A stretch of 64,000 nucleotides of DNA. It comes from Eledone cirrhosa. Its lineage: Eukaryota. Under the pieces are notes generated by a model. That model saw only the letters and a program-made list of their open reading frames with translations. It made no database searches and was not told the origin of the DNA. Shown in pieces: positions 25,735-40,248 of the stretch (position 1 is its first letter; every line of letters begins with the position of its first letter). The stretch lies in contig OZ024741.1 in NCBI GenBank assembly GCA_964016885.1, forward strand, positions 50,778,001 to 50,842,000. Reading direction: 5' to 3'. The translations under genes and the position numbers were made by a program.

Positions 25735-25828
25735 ACCCCTTGATAAGTTCGGCTATTTAAATACCAGAATAAATTTTCATTCAGTACAGAATTAGCCGTC
25801 GAAACGGCTTGAGCTCAGCCGTCGGGGT
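25735..25828 (+). ncRNA. Hammerhead ribozyme, U3:A8 variant (right arm)
   Basis: acccc TTGATAA gttcggcta..tagccgtc GAAA cggct tgagctc agccg TC ggggt; GUC site at 25821-25823. Confidence 0.7.
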
Positions 25829-26092
25829 CTTACTTGTTCCTATATATATATATATATATAAGTGGAAGGGATATTTAATTTTTTGGAAATTCAACAAATA
25901 TAAATGTTTATAACTGATTCAGAGCACTCGACAGTTTATATATGTATATGTATATATATATATTTAAATATATATATATATATATATATATTTAAGGAAC
26001 GATCGACTTTCGTCAAATCGGACCGAGGGAATAATGTTTCCGTTAGTCTTTCCAATTGCTAATACTATCTATCGGTCGCAACTCCAGGTAGA

Positions 26093-26209
26093 AGGAGCAA
26101 CGTGAAATAAAGTGTCTTGCTCAAGGACATAACGCATCACCTGGTCCAGGAATCGAACTCACAACCTTACGATTGCGAATCCAATTCTCTAACCACTCAG
26201 CCACACGCC
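26093..26209 (-). mobile_element. tRNA-derived CORE/V-type SINE, 5' part
   Basis: A box tggctgagtgg, B box gagttcgattc, then gtccttgagcaagacacttt. A related fragment lies at ~10855-10905 (-). Confidence 0.75.
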
Positions 26210-26216
26210 TTCACAA

Positions 26217-26267
<51 letters not shown>

Positions 26268-26654
26268 AATGGCATATACAATAGATCCGTACTTTTGGTG
26301 TCGATCTTAACCAACTATTTTACGTTTCTTTCTCTATATTGTTTCTTTTATAGGAAACATCTCAGAAAGAAACAAAGAAACATTCTACTTCTGGCTCTTA
26401 ACCCAAACTTTCCCTATTCTTCACTCTCCAACGACAAATAGCAAAACTTTTCAGAAAATGGTTCAGCTTCTTGGCATATTGCATTTTGCCTGGCTTTCTT
26501 GAAAACTTTCTTCCTTCTCTCTCTCATTTTCTCTCTTTCTCTTCCCCCCTCTCTGTGTGTATATATATCTTCTACCGTCCCCCCACTTTTTTTTTCTAAA
26601 TGTCTCTCCTCCACTCCCATACACACCCTCGGAACTCTCTTCCCACCCACTTTT

Positions 26655-26688
26655 CGCCCGAAGAAGGGCTTATGCCCGAAACGTCGTT
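26655..26688 (+). ncRNA. Degenerate minimal hammerhead (CCGAAGA core)
   Basis: CCGAAGA agggc ttat gccc GAAA cg TC; weak stem I; AATAAA ~35 nt downstream. Confidence 0.45.
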
Positions 26689-27040
26689 CTCCCCACCCCC
26701 ACTCTCAAGAGCGTGAAACTAATAAACCTTTGTTCGTACTGCCTCTCTCTTTTGCTCCCGTTCCATTTTTCACTATATATATATATATATACACACACAC
26801 ACGCGTATATGCGTATATATATATATATATATATACATATATATATAGGTATATATATATATATACATATATATACACGTATATATGTGTATGTAGTATA
26901 TATATACAGGTATATATACGTATATATATATATATATATACATATATATACACGTATATACATGTGTATATATATTTACATATATACACACACATATATA
27001 TATATACATATATATGTATATGTATATATATATGTATATA

Positions 27041-27077
<37 letters not shown>

Positions 27078-27133
27078 GTATATATATGTATGTGTATATA
27101 TATATATATATATAAACGCAAACATATATATAC

Positions 27134-27169
<36 letters not shown>

Positions 27170-27173
27170 ACAC

Positions 27174-27270
<97 letters not shown>

Positions 27271-27517
27271 AATCTCTCTATCTGCTTTGTTTTCCAGTTC
27301 TTTGCTCTTCTTTTGTTTTCCCTTTCACTCAGCAAGACTTCTGAAAAGGGATCCCTAACATTGTTGCATTTACTAAAGGTGCTTAGTTATCATTTCCTGC
27401 CTTGAAGAATTTGCACAGGTTTCAATAGGGAGACGTGATAAAAGAGCCGAATGTACCAAACAAACGCACGCACACACACACATACACACACACGCATATA
27501 TATATAATATTTTGTCA

Positions 27518-27582
<65 letters not shown>

Positions 27583-27921
27583 TTAACACACACACGCGCA
27601 TATAATATTTTGGCACATACACAAACACACATATATATCGTCGAACTGGGTCTTACAAAACCAACAAACAGGAGCGTACGCATTCACAAAAGCATGCAAT
27701 CACATAAATTCATAGATATATATGTACAATCACACACACAGATATACAGATACATGTACACACTCATATATATATACGCACATATAAACAAAGCGATTCA
27801 TATGCTGTATATATATGTACGTATGTAATACACACACACGCATATACTTATACATATATAATTATATATATATATATATACACAAGGATTTCTGCGTTTA
27901 TGTATGTATGTATGCATGTAA

Positions 27922-27979
<58 letters not shown>

Positions 27980-27988
27980 GTATGTATG

Positions 27989-28081
<93 letters not shown>

Positions 28082-28150
28082 TATATATATATTATGTATA
28101 TGTATATATATATATATTATGTATGTATTTATGTATAAATATATATATAT

Positions 28151-28192
<42 letters not shown>

Positions 28193-28300
28193 TTAAAAAT
28201 GTACATCCACATATGTATACTGAAATACTAGTATGCATATGAATACACACACGTGTACATATGTAGATGTACCGAGTTTTTCACTGGACACTTTACTTTG

Positions 28301-28337
<37 letters not shown>

Positions 28338-28404
28338 GTATAAATATATATATATTATGTATATAAATATATATATATATACATGTATAAATATATATAC
28401 AAAT

Positions 28405-28454
<50 letters not shown>

Positions 28455-28500
28455 CATAACACCATGTACTATTGATTCCTGCGTTAGTTTGTCCTTTTGA

Positions 28501-28617
<117 letters not shown>

Positions 28618-28645
28618 TCTCTCTCTTTCTCTCTCTCTCTCCTTT

Positions 28646-28744
<99 letters not shown>

Positions 28745-29220
28745 TCAAAAGGACCTACCTACATATATATATACACAATTGATGATTTATTATAACTGGA
28801 AGGAAGTTCAGAAAGGACAGAAGCAATTTCTCACTAAGGATTTTTATAAAGACGGACATTTTGGGCAACGGAAAAGAACAGGAAGACAGTAGCGACAATA
28901 ACTACAACTACAACAAGAACATTTCATAACCACAACTACAACTACAACTACAACTACAACTACAACATCGCATAACCACAACAACAACTACAACTACAAC
29001 AACATTGCATAACAACAACAACAACAACAACAACAACAATAACATTTCAAAACTACAACTACAACTACAACAACAGTCACATTTCATAACAACAACAACA
29101 ACAATAACAACAACTACAACAACAACAACAATAACATTTCATAACAACCACCACAACAACAGCAACAATAATAATAATAGTAATGGTTATCATCATCATC
29201 ATCATGGCCATTGTTATTCA

Positions 29221-29411
29221 TTGGGATAATTGCTGGCCTTGTGCCAAAAGTAGAAATAATAATTGTTTCCACTTTTGGCACAAGGCCAGCAATTAACCCA
29301 GTACATTACTGGTACTTTATTTTATCGACCCCGTAAGGATGAAAGGCAAAGTTAACCTCGGCGGGATTTGAACTTAGACCATAAAGGGGCGTAACTCTAT
29401 GCTAGAAAGCA
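29221..29411. mobile_element. Two SINE pieces tail-to-tail (+29221-29260, -29258-29411)
   Basis: Same SINE consensus in opposite orientations, sharing one aataat tail. Confidence 0.8.
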
Positions 29412-32400
29412 TAATAATAATAATAAATAATAATAATAATGATTTCATTTATTAACCACAAGGGCCGACATGTAGAGGACAATACAAAGACAGGGACAGC
29501 GGGGTTTACAATAAGGTCGAGTAAAAGTGAACAATGGCAAAACTAATTTAACAATGAAGATATAAAAAATATAAAATAAACTATGCATAAATATAACAAA
29601 ATAAATTCCCCTATAGGGAGTGGACGACCCAGGGGTGACTCAGGTACCCCACTAATCTTGAACTACCCTGCGCTTCTAGGGCACTCAGGGAGAGCACCCC
29701 TCTCCTCAAATTAGCTAGCCTATAGGCGCATGGTCAAAGTAGGCCCATTAACACGGGCCATTCTCGCCACATTCATCCACCTTTTAGCAAATGTACTGGG
29801 GTGGCAGAACTTCTCTCTCCACCCTCACCTTCCTTTCCAGGTGAAACTTGAAGAAGTTGATGAGGAATTGCCGAAGAGAAAAGTCCTTTCAATCTGGTCC
29901 ACCATATAACCTCTTTCACAACGGCCACCAGACAGAGGAAAATTGCCTGCCCTTCCTGACCAAAGGAAGGCGGCGGGTCGATCTTCACTATGGACTCGGC
30001 CGATAGACGGATCCGTTCTACACACGACAACAGCTGTTCAACATAACTCCACAAGTCAGTAATGCACGGACACTGGACGAGTGCGTGCAGAACGGTTTCG
30101 TCGCTCTGCGCGCATCTCGGGCAGGTCCGTTTGACAGCACTTCCGTGCCTGTAGAGTTTATCTCGAACCGGCAGTGCCCTCTGGTAGCACTGCCGAGCGA
30201 GGGATTTTGGGAAATTATCCATCGTCCCCGGCCCGAAAGTCCTTCAGTACAGACTGGTTAGTTCGACTTCGCTGACTCCCAGAGCCTCTCGTCGCACTTG
30301 CCCACCACTAATCCTCTATGGTACTTGAGAGTGGAAGTTCCACTGATCGCATTGTCCGCTTGGTAGAGGGCAGTGAGTGCCTGGCAACATTCCAGGTGCC
30401 AGTCACCCAGTCTCGGTCTTTTCTTGACCCAGGACTGCAGCCCAGTCAAAGAAACGAGATGCGGAAAGGCCCGTCTGATAAACGGCGACCACACCTGTTC
30501 ACCGTTTAGGCAGAATATCTGGAGATGTCGCAGCCTCAGCGCATGTCTGCGCATCATTAGCCACGCATGCTCAGCCTTCCGCGTAGAGGGTGCTGTCAGC
30601 AGATGGACTGCCTCACCAACGGAACTTGTCCTCTCCACAAGAATTTGAAGAGGGCCGTTCCAACTTGACACAAGGGTCAGGCGGTAGTAGATGACGGACG
30701 CGATGTACGCATTCTCCACCTCCGCGCAACCTTTCAGTGATAGCTTCCTCGCAGCCCATTTTTGGGTGAGACTGGCTACCCTGCTCGTTACCTCGTCCCA
30801 ATTCTTTTCCACCTGGAGGTCTGGTCGGAACCAAACCCCGAGCAACTTTACCGGTCCGTCCGTCCAGTGCCCAACGACGCTGTTGGACGGCATGGGCTTG
30901 CCTCTCCAGGTTCCGAGTTGCAAACCCACTGAGGTTTCCGGGTTAAGATTGGCTCCTGTCACCTTTCATATTCCTTCAATAAGGTGTTGACCACCTCGAT
31001 TTCTGAGGTGTCCGACACCATCATGGCGATGTCGTCCGCATAAGCCGACGCAGCCTTTCCGCGTCCCAGTTCGAGCGGGATGCCCTGCAACAGCTCCAAC
31101 TTCCGCAGTAAAGACTCGAGAGTCAATACGTACAGAAGGGAAGAGAGAGGGCACCCTTGACGGACCGATCGGGAGAGCCGAAATGGTTCAGAGAGGTGGC
31201 CATGAACCTTGACCACCGAGCATGTGCCGCTCTGCATTGCAGCGATCCAGCTTCTGAAGACAAGGCCGAAGCCAGCTGCTTTGAGGACAAACTCCAGATA
31301 CCGATGGTCGACCCTATCGAATGCTTTCGATTGATCTAAATTGATCAGTGCCCCACCGAAGCCAGGTTTACATCCTACCCTCTCTATGATGTATCGGATG
31401 AGGTGGAGATTGTCGTGTATGGACCTGGCTGGGATTGCACAGATTTGCGCCTCCCCAACCAAATCCTCGACGACAAGCGCCAATCTCTTTGCTAACACCT
31501 TGGCCAAAATCTTGAACTCTTTGTTGAGCAGAGTTATGGGCCTGAAGTTGTCTAATCTATCCCTCTTGCTCTCGTCTTTCCTTATAAGCGTCACCACTCC
31601 CCGGCTCACAGAACTGAGATTAATCCCTTTCTGCTGCCAGTTGCAGTAGCGTGCTTCGAGGAGATCGGAGAACAAGTCTGGCATATTTACGTAAGGCTCG
31701 TAGGACAGGCCATCCAAACCGGGTGACTTGCGCCTCATGCAGCCGACAAGGGCATCCTGAATTTCGGCTGAAGTAATCGACCTTTCGCAGCGCTCAGCGT
31801 CGACCGTCGAGATGCGCGGCAAGCCGTCAAGGTAGGGACTGAAATCCGCTACTCTCTCTGACTCGCCACTCGCCACGAACAATCGAGCAAAGTGCTGGCG
31901 AAAGGCCTCACACATCCGCTTGGAATCGCTTATCTCGTGTCCGTCTCGGTCCACCAAAGACCGAATTGTGGTTTATTACCACGTTTCGCCTCCGCCACGC
32001 GGGCCCATCGAACAGCTTTGGTTCCTTCGTTTCTCAGCCCACATGCAACTTTAGTGTTTCGACAATACAACCTTCGTATTTCGCATTGAAGAAATAGTCT
32101 AATGTCATTCTCGCCGCAAGCACGTCAGTTGCAATGCCACTACAAATAGCCTCGTCTAACTTATCTACCAGCTCCCCCTCCTTTCTATGTTTCTCTAACG
32201 CTAGTTCTTTGATGAACTATCGAAGTTACTCTAATCTCTCTTTTGAGAGCCCCCCACCCCACCATCTGTTGTTGATGATCCCCTGTCAACTTTTTATTAA
32301 CTAAATTGTTGACTCGGTTCCTGTAAGCCTTACGTGCCGGAAATGACATGTTCTGCTTCCAGTAACCCGGTCCCAACCTACGCGTTTTATCTAGGTCGAC

Positions 32401-33350
32401 TATACAGATTACAAATTTGTGATCTGAATAGGCGACTGTTTTAAAAATTGGGCAGCCTATGCTATTTCTATCTATTTTCCTAATGAAGATCCTATCTATA
32501 TACGATCTAGATGACCCTATGCGGTTGGTCCACGTCCACACTGGCGCATTGGGGAAATCTAGTCAGACAGTTGGAACTGGCTGATTAAGTGTTTGAGGCT
32601 TTTGCACCCTCCCCGCTCCTATCAGCTACTCCCACACAATCCCAACGTGCGTCTAAGATGCCGTTCCAGTCCCTCGCTATCAGGGCGAGACGTACACAGA
32701 AATGTTTCCAGGCGCCTAAAGAAGTCCGGTCGTCCGCCCCCAGTAGGGGCGTAGATGGCCAGCAGTCTAAAGGCACCACCTTCGCTACTGCTCACTTCCA
32801 GGACCACCAACTTACCGTCCGGGTCCCGGAAGATCGACATTACCTCGAGATCCAGATCTTTCCTAAACAGCACTGCCACCCCACCTCCCATTCCCGGCCT
32901 GCTAACTGATGCGAAGATCTGATAGTCGTCGAAAATGGGGGCTAGTGCGCGCGTGTCGAAAATCCTGGTCTCGCTGACGGCAATCACATCCATTTCAAGA
33001 GACCTGAGGTCGTTGAGCAGGCGACCCTCCTTCCAGGGTGACCCCAGGCCGCGGACATTTAAACTTCCTACTCTTAATATGGCCATGTTGGCAAGCTAAA
33101 AGAGAGAGGAACGGTTTACTTACCTCCCGGTGTCTTGTGAAGGTCGGGTGGTTCGACCTCCATAGTTGGTGAGGTTTCTTTTGGGAACCCCTTTAAAAGT
33201 CTCGATGTGGGTTTCACGTTCTGGGTTCCCTTGTCTTAAGGAAAGCTCTCTCGAATTTCTTTGTAGGAATCGAGCGACATTCGCACCAGAAGCAAATCTT
33301 CTGGCACGCAAAATGTGCTCAGTTTAAAGATCTCCCCCACTGTTTGAATG
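29412..33350 (-). mobile_element. Tx1/L1-clade LINE with most of ORF2 (APE endonuclease + RT + Cys/His domain), multiple frameshifts
   Basis: SLNVRGLG, DVIAVSET, AIYAP, WTW..SYIDRIF..SDHK (APE); KSPGLDGL, NFRPITLLN, DQSKAFDRVD, VRQGCPLS, AYADDI (RT); CPRC..ETVLHALVQC; (ATT)n tail. Confidence 0.93.
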
Positions 33351-33399
33351 TCCTCGCTTTGTGCTAAGAGAATAATAATAATTATACCTAATGCTCTCA

Positions 33400-36300
33400 A
33401 CACCACTCCACCACCACCATCACTACACTACTCCACCACCAACACAATACTACCCCACCACCACCACCACACTAGCTCACCACCACCACCACCACCACCA
33501 CCACCACCACCACCGCTACTACCTCACCACCACCACCATACCACTACTACACCACTACCCAACACTACTACCTCACCACCACCACCACACTACCATACCA
33601 CCACCACTACACTACCACACCACCACCATTACACTACCCATCCACCACTACCCCACCACCACCACACCATCACCGCTACACTACTCCACCACCACCATCC
33701 CCACACCACCTCACCTTCAACACCACACTACCCCACCAGCAATACACTACTCCACTACCACTATACTACCCCAGTGGTCGTGTAGATATTGTTGTTGTAG
33801 TTACTATTATTGTTATTGTTATTGTTATTATTGTTATTGTTGTTGTTATTACTATTGTTGTTATTGTTGTTGTTATTGTTGTTATTGTTGTTATTGTTAT
33901 TATTGTTGTTGTTATTGTTGTTATTGTTGTTGTTATTGTTATTATTATTGTTGTTATTGTTGTTATTGTTGTTATTGTTGTTGTTATTACTATCGTTGTT
34001 ATTGTTGTTGTTGTTATTGTTGTTGTTGTTATTGTTATTGTTGTTGTTATTACTATTGTTGTTATTGTTGTTGTTATTGTTGTTATTGTTGTTGTTATTA
34101 CTATTGTTGTTATTGTTGTTGTTATTGTTGTTATTGTTGTTATTGTTATTATTGTTGTTGTTATTGTTGTTATTGTTGTTGTTATTGTTATTATTATTGT
34201 TGTTATTGTTGTTATTGTTGTTATTGTTGTTGTTATTACTATCGTTGTTATTGTTGTTGTTGTTATTGTTGTTGTTGTTATTGTTGTTATTGTTGTTATT
34301 GTTGTTATTGTTGTTATTGTTGTTATTATTATTGTTGTTATTGTTGTTATTATTATTGTTGTTATTGTTGTTATTGTTGTTATTGTTGTTATTGTTGTTG
34401 TTATTACTATCGTTGTTATTGTTGTTGTTGTTATTGTTGTTATTGTTGTTATTGTTGTTATTGTTGTTATTGTTGTTATTATTATTGTTGTTATTGTTGT
34501 TATTGTTGTTATTGTTGTTATTATTGTTGTTATTATTGTTGTTATTGTTGTTATTATTATTGTTGTTATTGTTGTTATTGTTGTTATTGTTGTTATTGTT
34601 GTTATTATTATTGTTGTTATTGTTGTTATTGTTGTTATTGTTGTTATTGTTGTTATTTTTATTGTTGTTATTGTTGTTATTGTTGTTATTGTTGTTATTG
34701 TTGTTATTGATGCTATTATTGTTGTTGTTATTATTGTTGTTATTGTTGTTATTGTTGTTATTACTATTGTTGTTATTGTTGTTATTATTGTTGTTGTTAT
34801 TGTTGTTATTGTTGTTATTATTATTGTTGTTGTTATTATTATTGTTGTTATTGTTGTTATTGTTGTTATTGTTGTTATTATTGTTGTTATTGTTGTTATT
34901 ATTATTGTTGTTATTGTTGTTATTGTTGTTATTGTTGTTATTATTGTTGTTGTTATTGTTGTTATTGTTGTTATTATTATTGTTGTTATTGTTGTTATTG
35001 TTGTTATTATTGTTGTTGTTATTGTTGTTATTATTGTTGTTGTTGTTATTGTTGTTATTATTATTGTTGTTATTGTTGTTATTATTGTTGTTGTTGTTGT
35101 TATTGTTGTTATTATTATTGTTGTTATTGTTATTATTGTTGTTATTATTGTTATTGTTGTTATTATTATTGTTGTTATTGTTGTTATTGTTGTTGTTATT
35201 ACTATTGTTGTTATTGTTGTTGTTATTGTTGTTGTTGTTGTTGTTGTTATTGTTGTTATTATTATTGTTGTTATTGTTATTATTGTTGTTATTATTGTTA
35301 TTGTTGTTATTGTTGTTATTGTTGTTATTATTATTGTTGTTATTGTTGTTGTTATTACTATTGTTGTTATTGTTGTTATTGTTGTTGTTATTACTATTGT
35401 TGTTATTGTTATTATTGTTGTTGTTACTGTTGTTATTGTTGTTATTATTGTTGTTGTTATTGTTGTTATTGTTGTTATTGTTGTTATTGTTGTATTGTTG
35501 TTATTGTTGTATTGTTGTTAGTGTTGTTAGTGTTGTTATTATTATTGTTGTTGTTATTGTTGTTATTGTTGTTATTGTTGTTATTGTTGTTAGTGTTGTT
35601 ATTATTATTGTTGTTGTTATTGTTGTTATTACTATTGTTGTTGAAAGTAACAAGAATTGAATAACTGGAAGAAAAGGGGAATATATTGTGGTGTGGTGGC
35701 GGTGTGGTGGTGCTGAGGTGGTGTGCTTGTGGTAGTCGTGGTGGTAGTGGTGTGGTAGTAGTGGTGTGGTGGTGGTGGTGTGGTGGTGGTGGTGATGTGG
35801 TGTGGTGGTGGTGTGGTGGTGGTGGTGATGTGGTGGTGGTGATGTGGTGGTGGTGTGGTGGTGGTGTGGTGGTAGTGGTGGTGGTGTGGTGGTGTGGTGG
35901 TGGTGTGGTGATGATGGTGTGGTGGCGGTGGTGTGGTGGTGATGTAGGGGAGGTGGTGGTTGTGTGGTGGTGTATTGTGGTGGCGTGGTGGTAGGGGTTG
36001 TGGTTGTGATGTGGTGATGGTGGTGTTGTAGTGGTGGTGGTTGTGTGGTGGTGGTGGTGGTGTAGTGGTGTGTTGGCGGTGTGGTAGTGGTGGTGGTCAT
36101 ATGATGGTGTAGTGGTGGTGGTGGTGTAGTGGTGGTGGTGGCGGTGTGGTGGTGGTGCGGTGGTAGTGGTGGTGTGGTGGTGGTGGTAGTGGTGTAGTAG
36201 TGGTGGTAGTGGTGTTGGTGTGGTAGTGGTGGTGGTGGTATGGTTGTCTGCTGGTGGTAGTGGTGTGGTGGTAGTGGTGCGGTGGTGGTGGTGGTAGTGG

Positions 36301-36640
36301 TGCGGTGGTAGTGGGGGTAATGGTGTGGTGGTAGTGGTGTGATGGTAGTGTTGTGGTGGTAATGGTGTGATGGCAGTAGTGTGGTGGTAGTGATGGTGTT
36401 GGTGTGGTGGTAGTGATGTGGTGGTAGTTGTGTGGTGGTAGTGATGGTGTTGGTGTGGTGGTAGTGATGTGGTGGTAGTTGTGTGGTGGTAGTGATGATG
36501 TTGGTGTGGTGGTAGTGATAGGTGGTAGTTGTGTGGTGGTAGTGGTGGTGGTGGTGTGGTGGTAGTGATGTGGTGGCAGTTGTGTGATGGTAGTGGTGGT
36601 GGTTGTGTGGTGGTAGTGATGTGGTGGTGGTGGTGTGTTG
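33400..36640. repeat. Compound trinucleotide block: cryptic (CAC)n, ~1.85 kb of (TTG/TTA)n, then (GTG)n
   Basis: Direct reading; the poly-L/C/H/T ORFs here are artefacts. Confidence 0.95.
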
Positions 36641-36956
36641 TATGTGGGCCTTTGTCTGTGTAGAGAAGCGGAGAAAGGGAGGGAAACAAATAAAGTGATA
36701 GAGTGACAGTGTGTGTAAGTGAGAGAGAGAGAATGAGTGTGTGTATAAATGAGAGAGACAGAGAGTGTACGTGTACGTGAGAGAGAGAGAGAATATGTGT
36801 GTATAAATGAGTGCGAGGGAGAGACAGAGAGAGAGAGAGGGAGAGGGAGAACGAGCGTTGGTGTGTGTATGTGTGTGTAAGTGAGAGAAAAAGAGAGTAT
36901 GTGTAGGTGAGAATGTTTGTGAGTGAGTATGTGTAAGTGAAGCAGTGTGTGTATGT

Positions 36957-37055
<99 letters not shown>

Positions 37056-37159
37056 GGGGGAGAGAGAGGGAGAGAGAGGGGGTAATGAAAGGTGGTGCAG
37101 TGTGAGTAAAGGTGCGAGAAAAAGAGGACAAAATTAGAGAAAGGAGAAATGATGCCATT

Positions 37160-38230
37160 ATCCTTCTACACGGCTACTATTTACTTTATTTGAAACTTGA
37201 ACCAATTCTTAACTAAAATGTGTTCTTATGCTTGCACTGTTTGGCATTGTCATAGTTGTTACACATTAATGTCATATTTGTTAGCAACGATCTGGGCACT
37301 TACATAGCGGTGACACTATCAATTATTATCCAGCTTATATTTGTATTTATATTTCTCTCTTTTTGAGTTCATTGCCCATATTTTATTTGAATTTATATTT
37401 CTCTATTTTAGGTTCAAATAAACTGCAACAAAGACGTTGCGGAAAAAATGTATATACTGCATGTACCTACTTTTAAATGTCAACTCGTTGCTTCGATAAA
37501 AATACTTCCCTTTTGCAGACATATAGACAATTTAGTTTTTTAGAACAGTTGCCACTTAAAGGATATGGTCATAATTTAATGCAGTTGTATCTCTTTTCAG
37601 TAGTGAATTGTGGATTTCTAGCCCTTTAAACATTCCTATTCTGGTAGGTATGGTTTTTGTTATGTGTGCAAGTGTAGCTAACTTTCATGTTATGCCGTAC
37701 ATGTGTCCTGTCGGAAAATCTCTTATGATGAGCAATAAGAAAATCTTCTCCAGATTTGTCGCTACATTTAGACTGATAGACTAGTTGCACCAGTTGATTT
37801 TCTTTTCCTAGTTATGTTAGAGTTTGGGTTCTTTTGATTAAGTCTGAAATATTGATTTTAAGTTGCTACTTTTTAGATCTTCCTTATAGAATGGTGACAA
37901 CTTGTTGCAGAATATTTTATAACAACATCTTGTGGATTTTATTACAGAAGATATGGGATTAGAATGTTGGTGTATATATTGGATTTTTCTACAAGGGTAA
38001 AGTTTTTAAAAATCTTTTGTGGCTAGGTTTAGTGTTATATTCACAAAGTTGGTTATGGATTGGTAGGCTGCTATTGTAATTTTGATGTTGAAAAGTATTT
38101 GTTAATATGTTTGGTTTGAGCTCGTTCATGTTCTGGAAATTAGCTAGTTTATCAATGTAAGAGACAATCATAAAAACAATAATTCATTCTTTAAAAACTG
38201 GTCTGAATTACAAACAGAGAAACAGAGAAA
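37160..38230 (-). pseudogene. Highly decayed PLE (RT thumb to GIY-YIG)
   Basis: Minus-strand fragments KLSPFYKEDLKSS, FPTGHMY, KVSYTCTHN, YPLSGNC, TFKSRY and CKHK are collinear with the 44.4-45.5 kb PLE motifs. Confidence 0.6.
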
Positions 38231-38262
38231 GTAACCGAAGATGATACAGCAGTGTGAACAGC

Positions 38263-38432
<170 letters not shown>

Positions 38433-38537
38433 AATGTATGTAATATTGTAATATGTATGTATGTATCTTCTCAATTGAGTGCCTTATTTAACTGTGGTTT
38501 CTTTCTGACCCTCTTCGAAATACCATTCTTCATTATG

Positions 38538-38718
38538 TGGATTGGCAGTATCGGTAGAGGGTCGGACGCCATGCTTTGACGCATAGAGTTACGGCCCTTG
38601 CCATTCTGAGTTCAAATCCCGCCGAGATTAACTTTGCCTTTCATCCTTACAGGGTCGATAAAATAAAGTACCAGTAATGCACTGGGTAATTTGCTGGTCT
38701 TGTGCCAAAAATAGAAAC

Positions 38719-38723
<5 letters not shown>
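38538..38723 (+). mobile_element. tRNA-derived SINE, near full length
   Basis: A box tggcagtatcgg, B box gagttcaaatc, same central domain and tail as the other copies. Confidence 0.85.
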
Positions 38724-38784
<61 letters not shown>

Positions 38785-38789
38785 CTTTG

Positions 38790-39960
38790 ATAAGTTTTGG
38801 CCAGTATTGGCCCAGGCCATATCTAACTTAATAGCATCACCTGGCAAAGTCTTTCAAATGAGGATTTGGACACCATGGTCCACTCAAATAGAGAGTTATT
38901 GTTTACGGAGACATATCCGAGTGTAGGAGGTTTATCCGGAATTTCTTGAAGGAATTTGTCCAAAACTTCTTGAACTTTATGGGGTCTGTTTCTATTTTAA
39001 TGTGTTTTGGTATAATGTTAAAGAGAGCAGGGCCAATTGAGGTGAAATAATTGTGTCGTATTATTTTTATGAGATGCGAGTGAGATTATAGTCGTGGGCG
39101 GATAGCACAGGGCCCAAGCCTTGGGTGTACCTTAAAGGTAATGCCAACATCATTTGGGCAATGCTGATCGAATATTTTCCACATCATGCAGACAACGTAG
39201 CGCTCAGGGCGGCGTTGGAGAGAATAAACGTTGAGCTTTTCTAATCGACTCCAATAGTCAAGGCCTGTCATGCCATCTATCTTTTCTGTAATTGACATTT
39301 GAGGTGCTTCAACTTTCATGATCCTTTGTTTCGTGTTGGGAGACCACAGTGGACAACAGTATTCAAGGTGGGGTCGGGAAAAAGTGGAGAAGAGAAGGAT
39401 AACAGTGTGGATATCTCTCGACTGGAAGGTTCTGAGAATCCAGGAACATATTCTGCGGGCCATATCAACTTTGCTGTTTATATGAGTGGCCCAGCTTATG
39501 TTGTTGTCCACAATTACTCCCAAGTCTCTGATGTTGTTGGATACGACGAGAGTTTCACCTGAAGGAAGGGAGTATGGGAGTTTCAGGGCATCCTCTTTTC
39601 CAAAGTAGATTAACTCGAATTTATCCTCATTCAGCAGCATATTGTTCTTTTCCACCCATTGGATAACAGCCAGTAGGTTTGTCTGAAGGCAAGTCCGATC
39701 ATCTACCTCATTGATGACCTTCTGGAGCTTGGAATCATCTGCAGACATTCTTATGTTGCTGTGCTTGATGATGTCAGTAATGTCATTAATGTAGATGATG
39801 AAAGGAAGTGGGCCCAACACAGTGCCTTGCGGGACGCCACTGTTGACTTTGGCTGGACTCCTTTTACTCCTTCGACTACATGTTGGGCTCTGTCTGTCAG
39901 GAAACACTAGATCCACCGTAGTAACTTTCCAGAGACACCAATATTGGAGAGTTTTTTCAA
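38790..39960 (-). mobile_element. CR1-clade LINE, RT 3' fragment
   Basis: SGVPQGTVLGP, ADDSKL, RDLGVIVD, RPHLEYCCPLWSP, RLEKLN.YSLQRR. Confidence 0.88.
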
Positions 39961-39998
39961 TAGAATCTTATGATCAACACTGTCAAAGACTTTATATA

Positions 39999-40060
<62 letters not shown>

Positions 40061-40065
<5 letters not shown>

Positions 40066-40248
40066 AAAAGTATGACCCCGACGGCAGAGCTCAAGCCGTT
40101 TCGACGGCTATTTCTGGACTCAGAACGTTGAAACGGCTTGACCTCTGCCGTCGGGGTCATACATTTTCCTATTACCCACTCTACTACCCTAAGTATTGAG
40201 TACTCTGGTGCGTTATGGTCTATCTGGTTCCTTATCACAATTCCTTCG

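Larger units (their letters stand above)
24432..25841 (-). mobile_element. ORF-less PLE-type cassette with ~410-bp inverted arms (24511-24930 / 25425-25841) and an ~80-bp tail, in (TA)n
   Basis: The arms are reverse complements and each carries a hammerhead. Tail 24432-24510 matches 40170-40250. Confidence 0.8.

Noticed and set aside
26093-26209. Genuine tRNA gene
   Set aside because: The tRNA-like head continues into a SINE body with no T-run terminator.
33391-37158. Long ORFs (439-aa Cys/Tyr-rich, 616-aa poly-Leu, His/Thr/Pro-rich)
   Set aside because: Translations of trinucleotide repeats that are open in several frames; no domain content.
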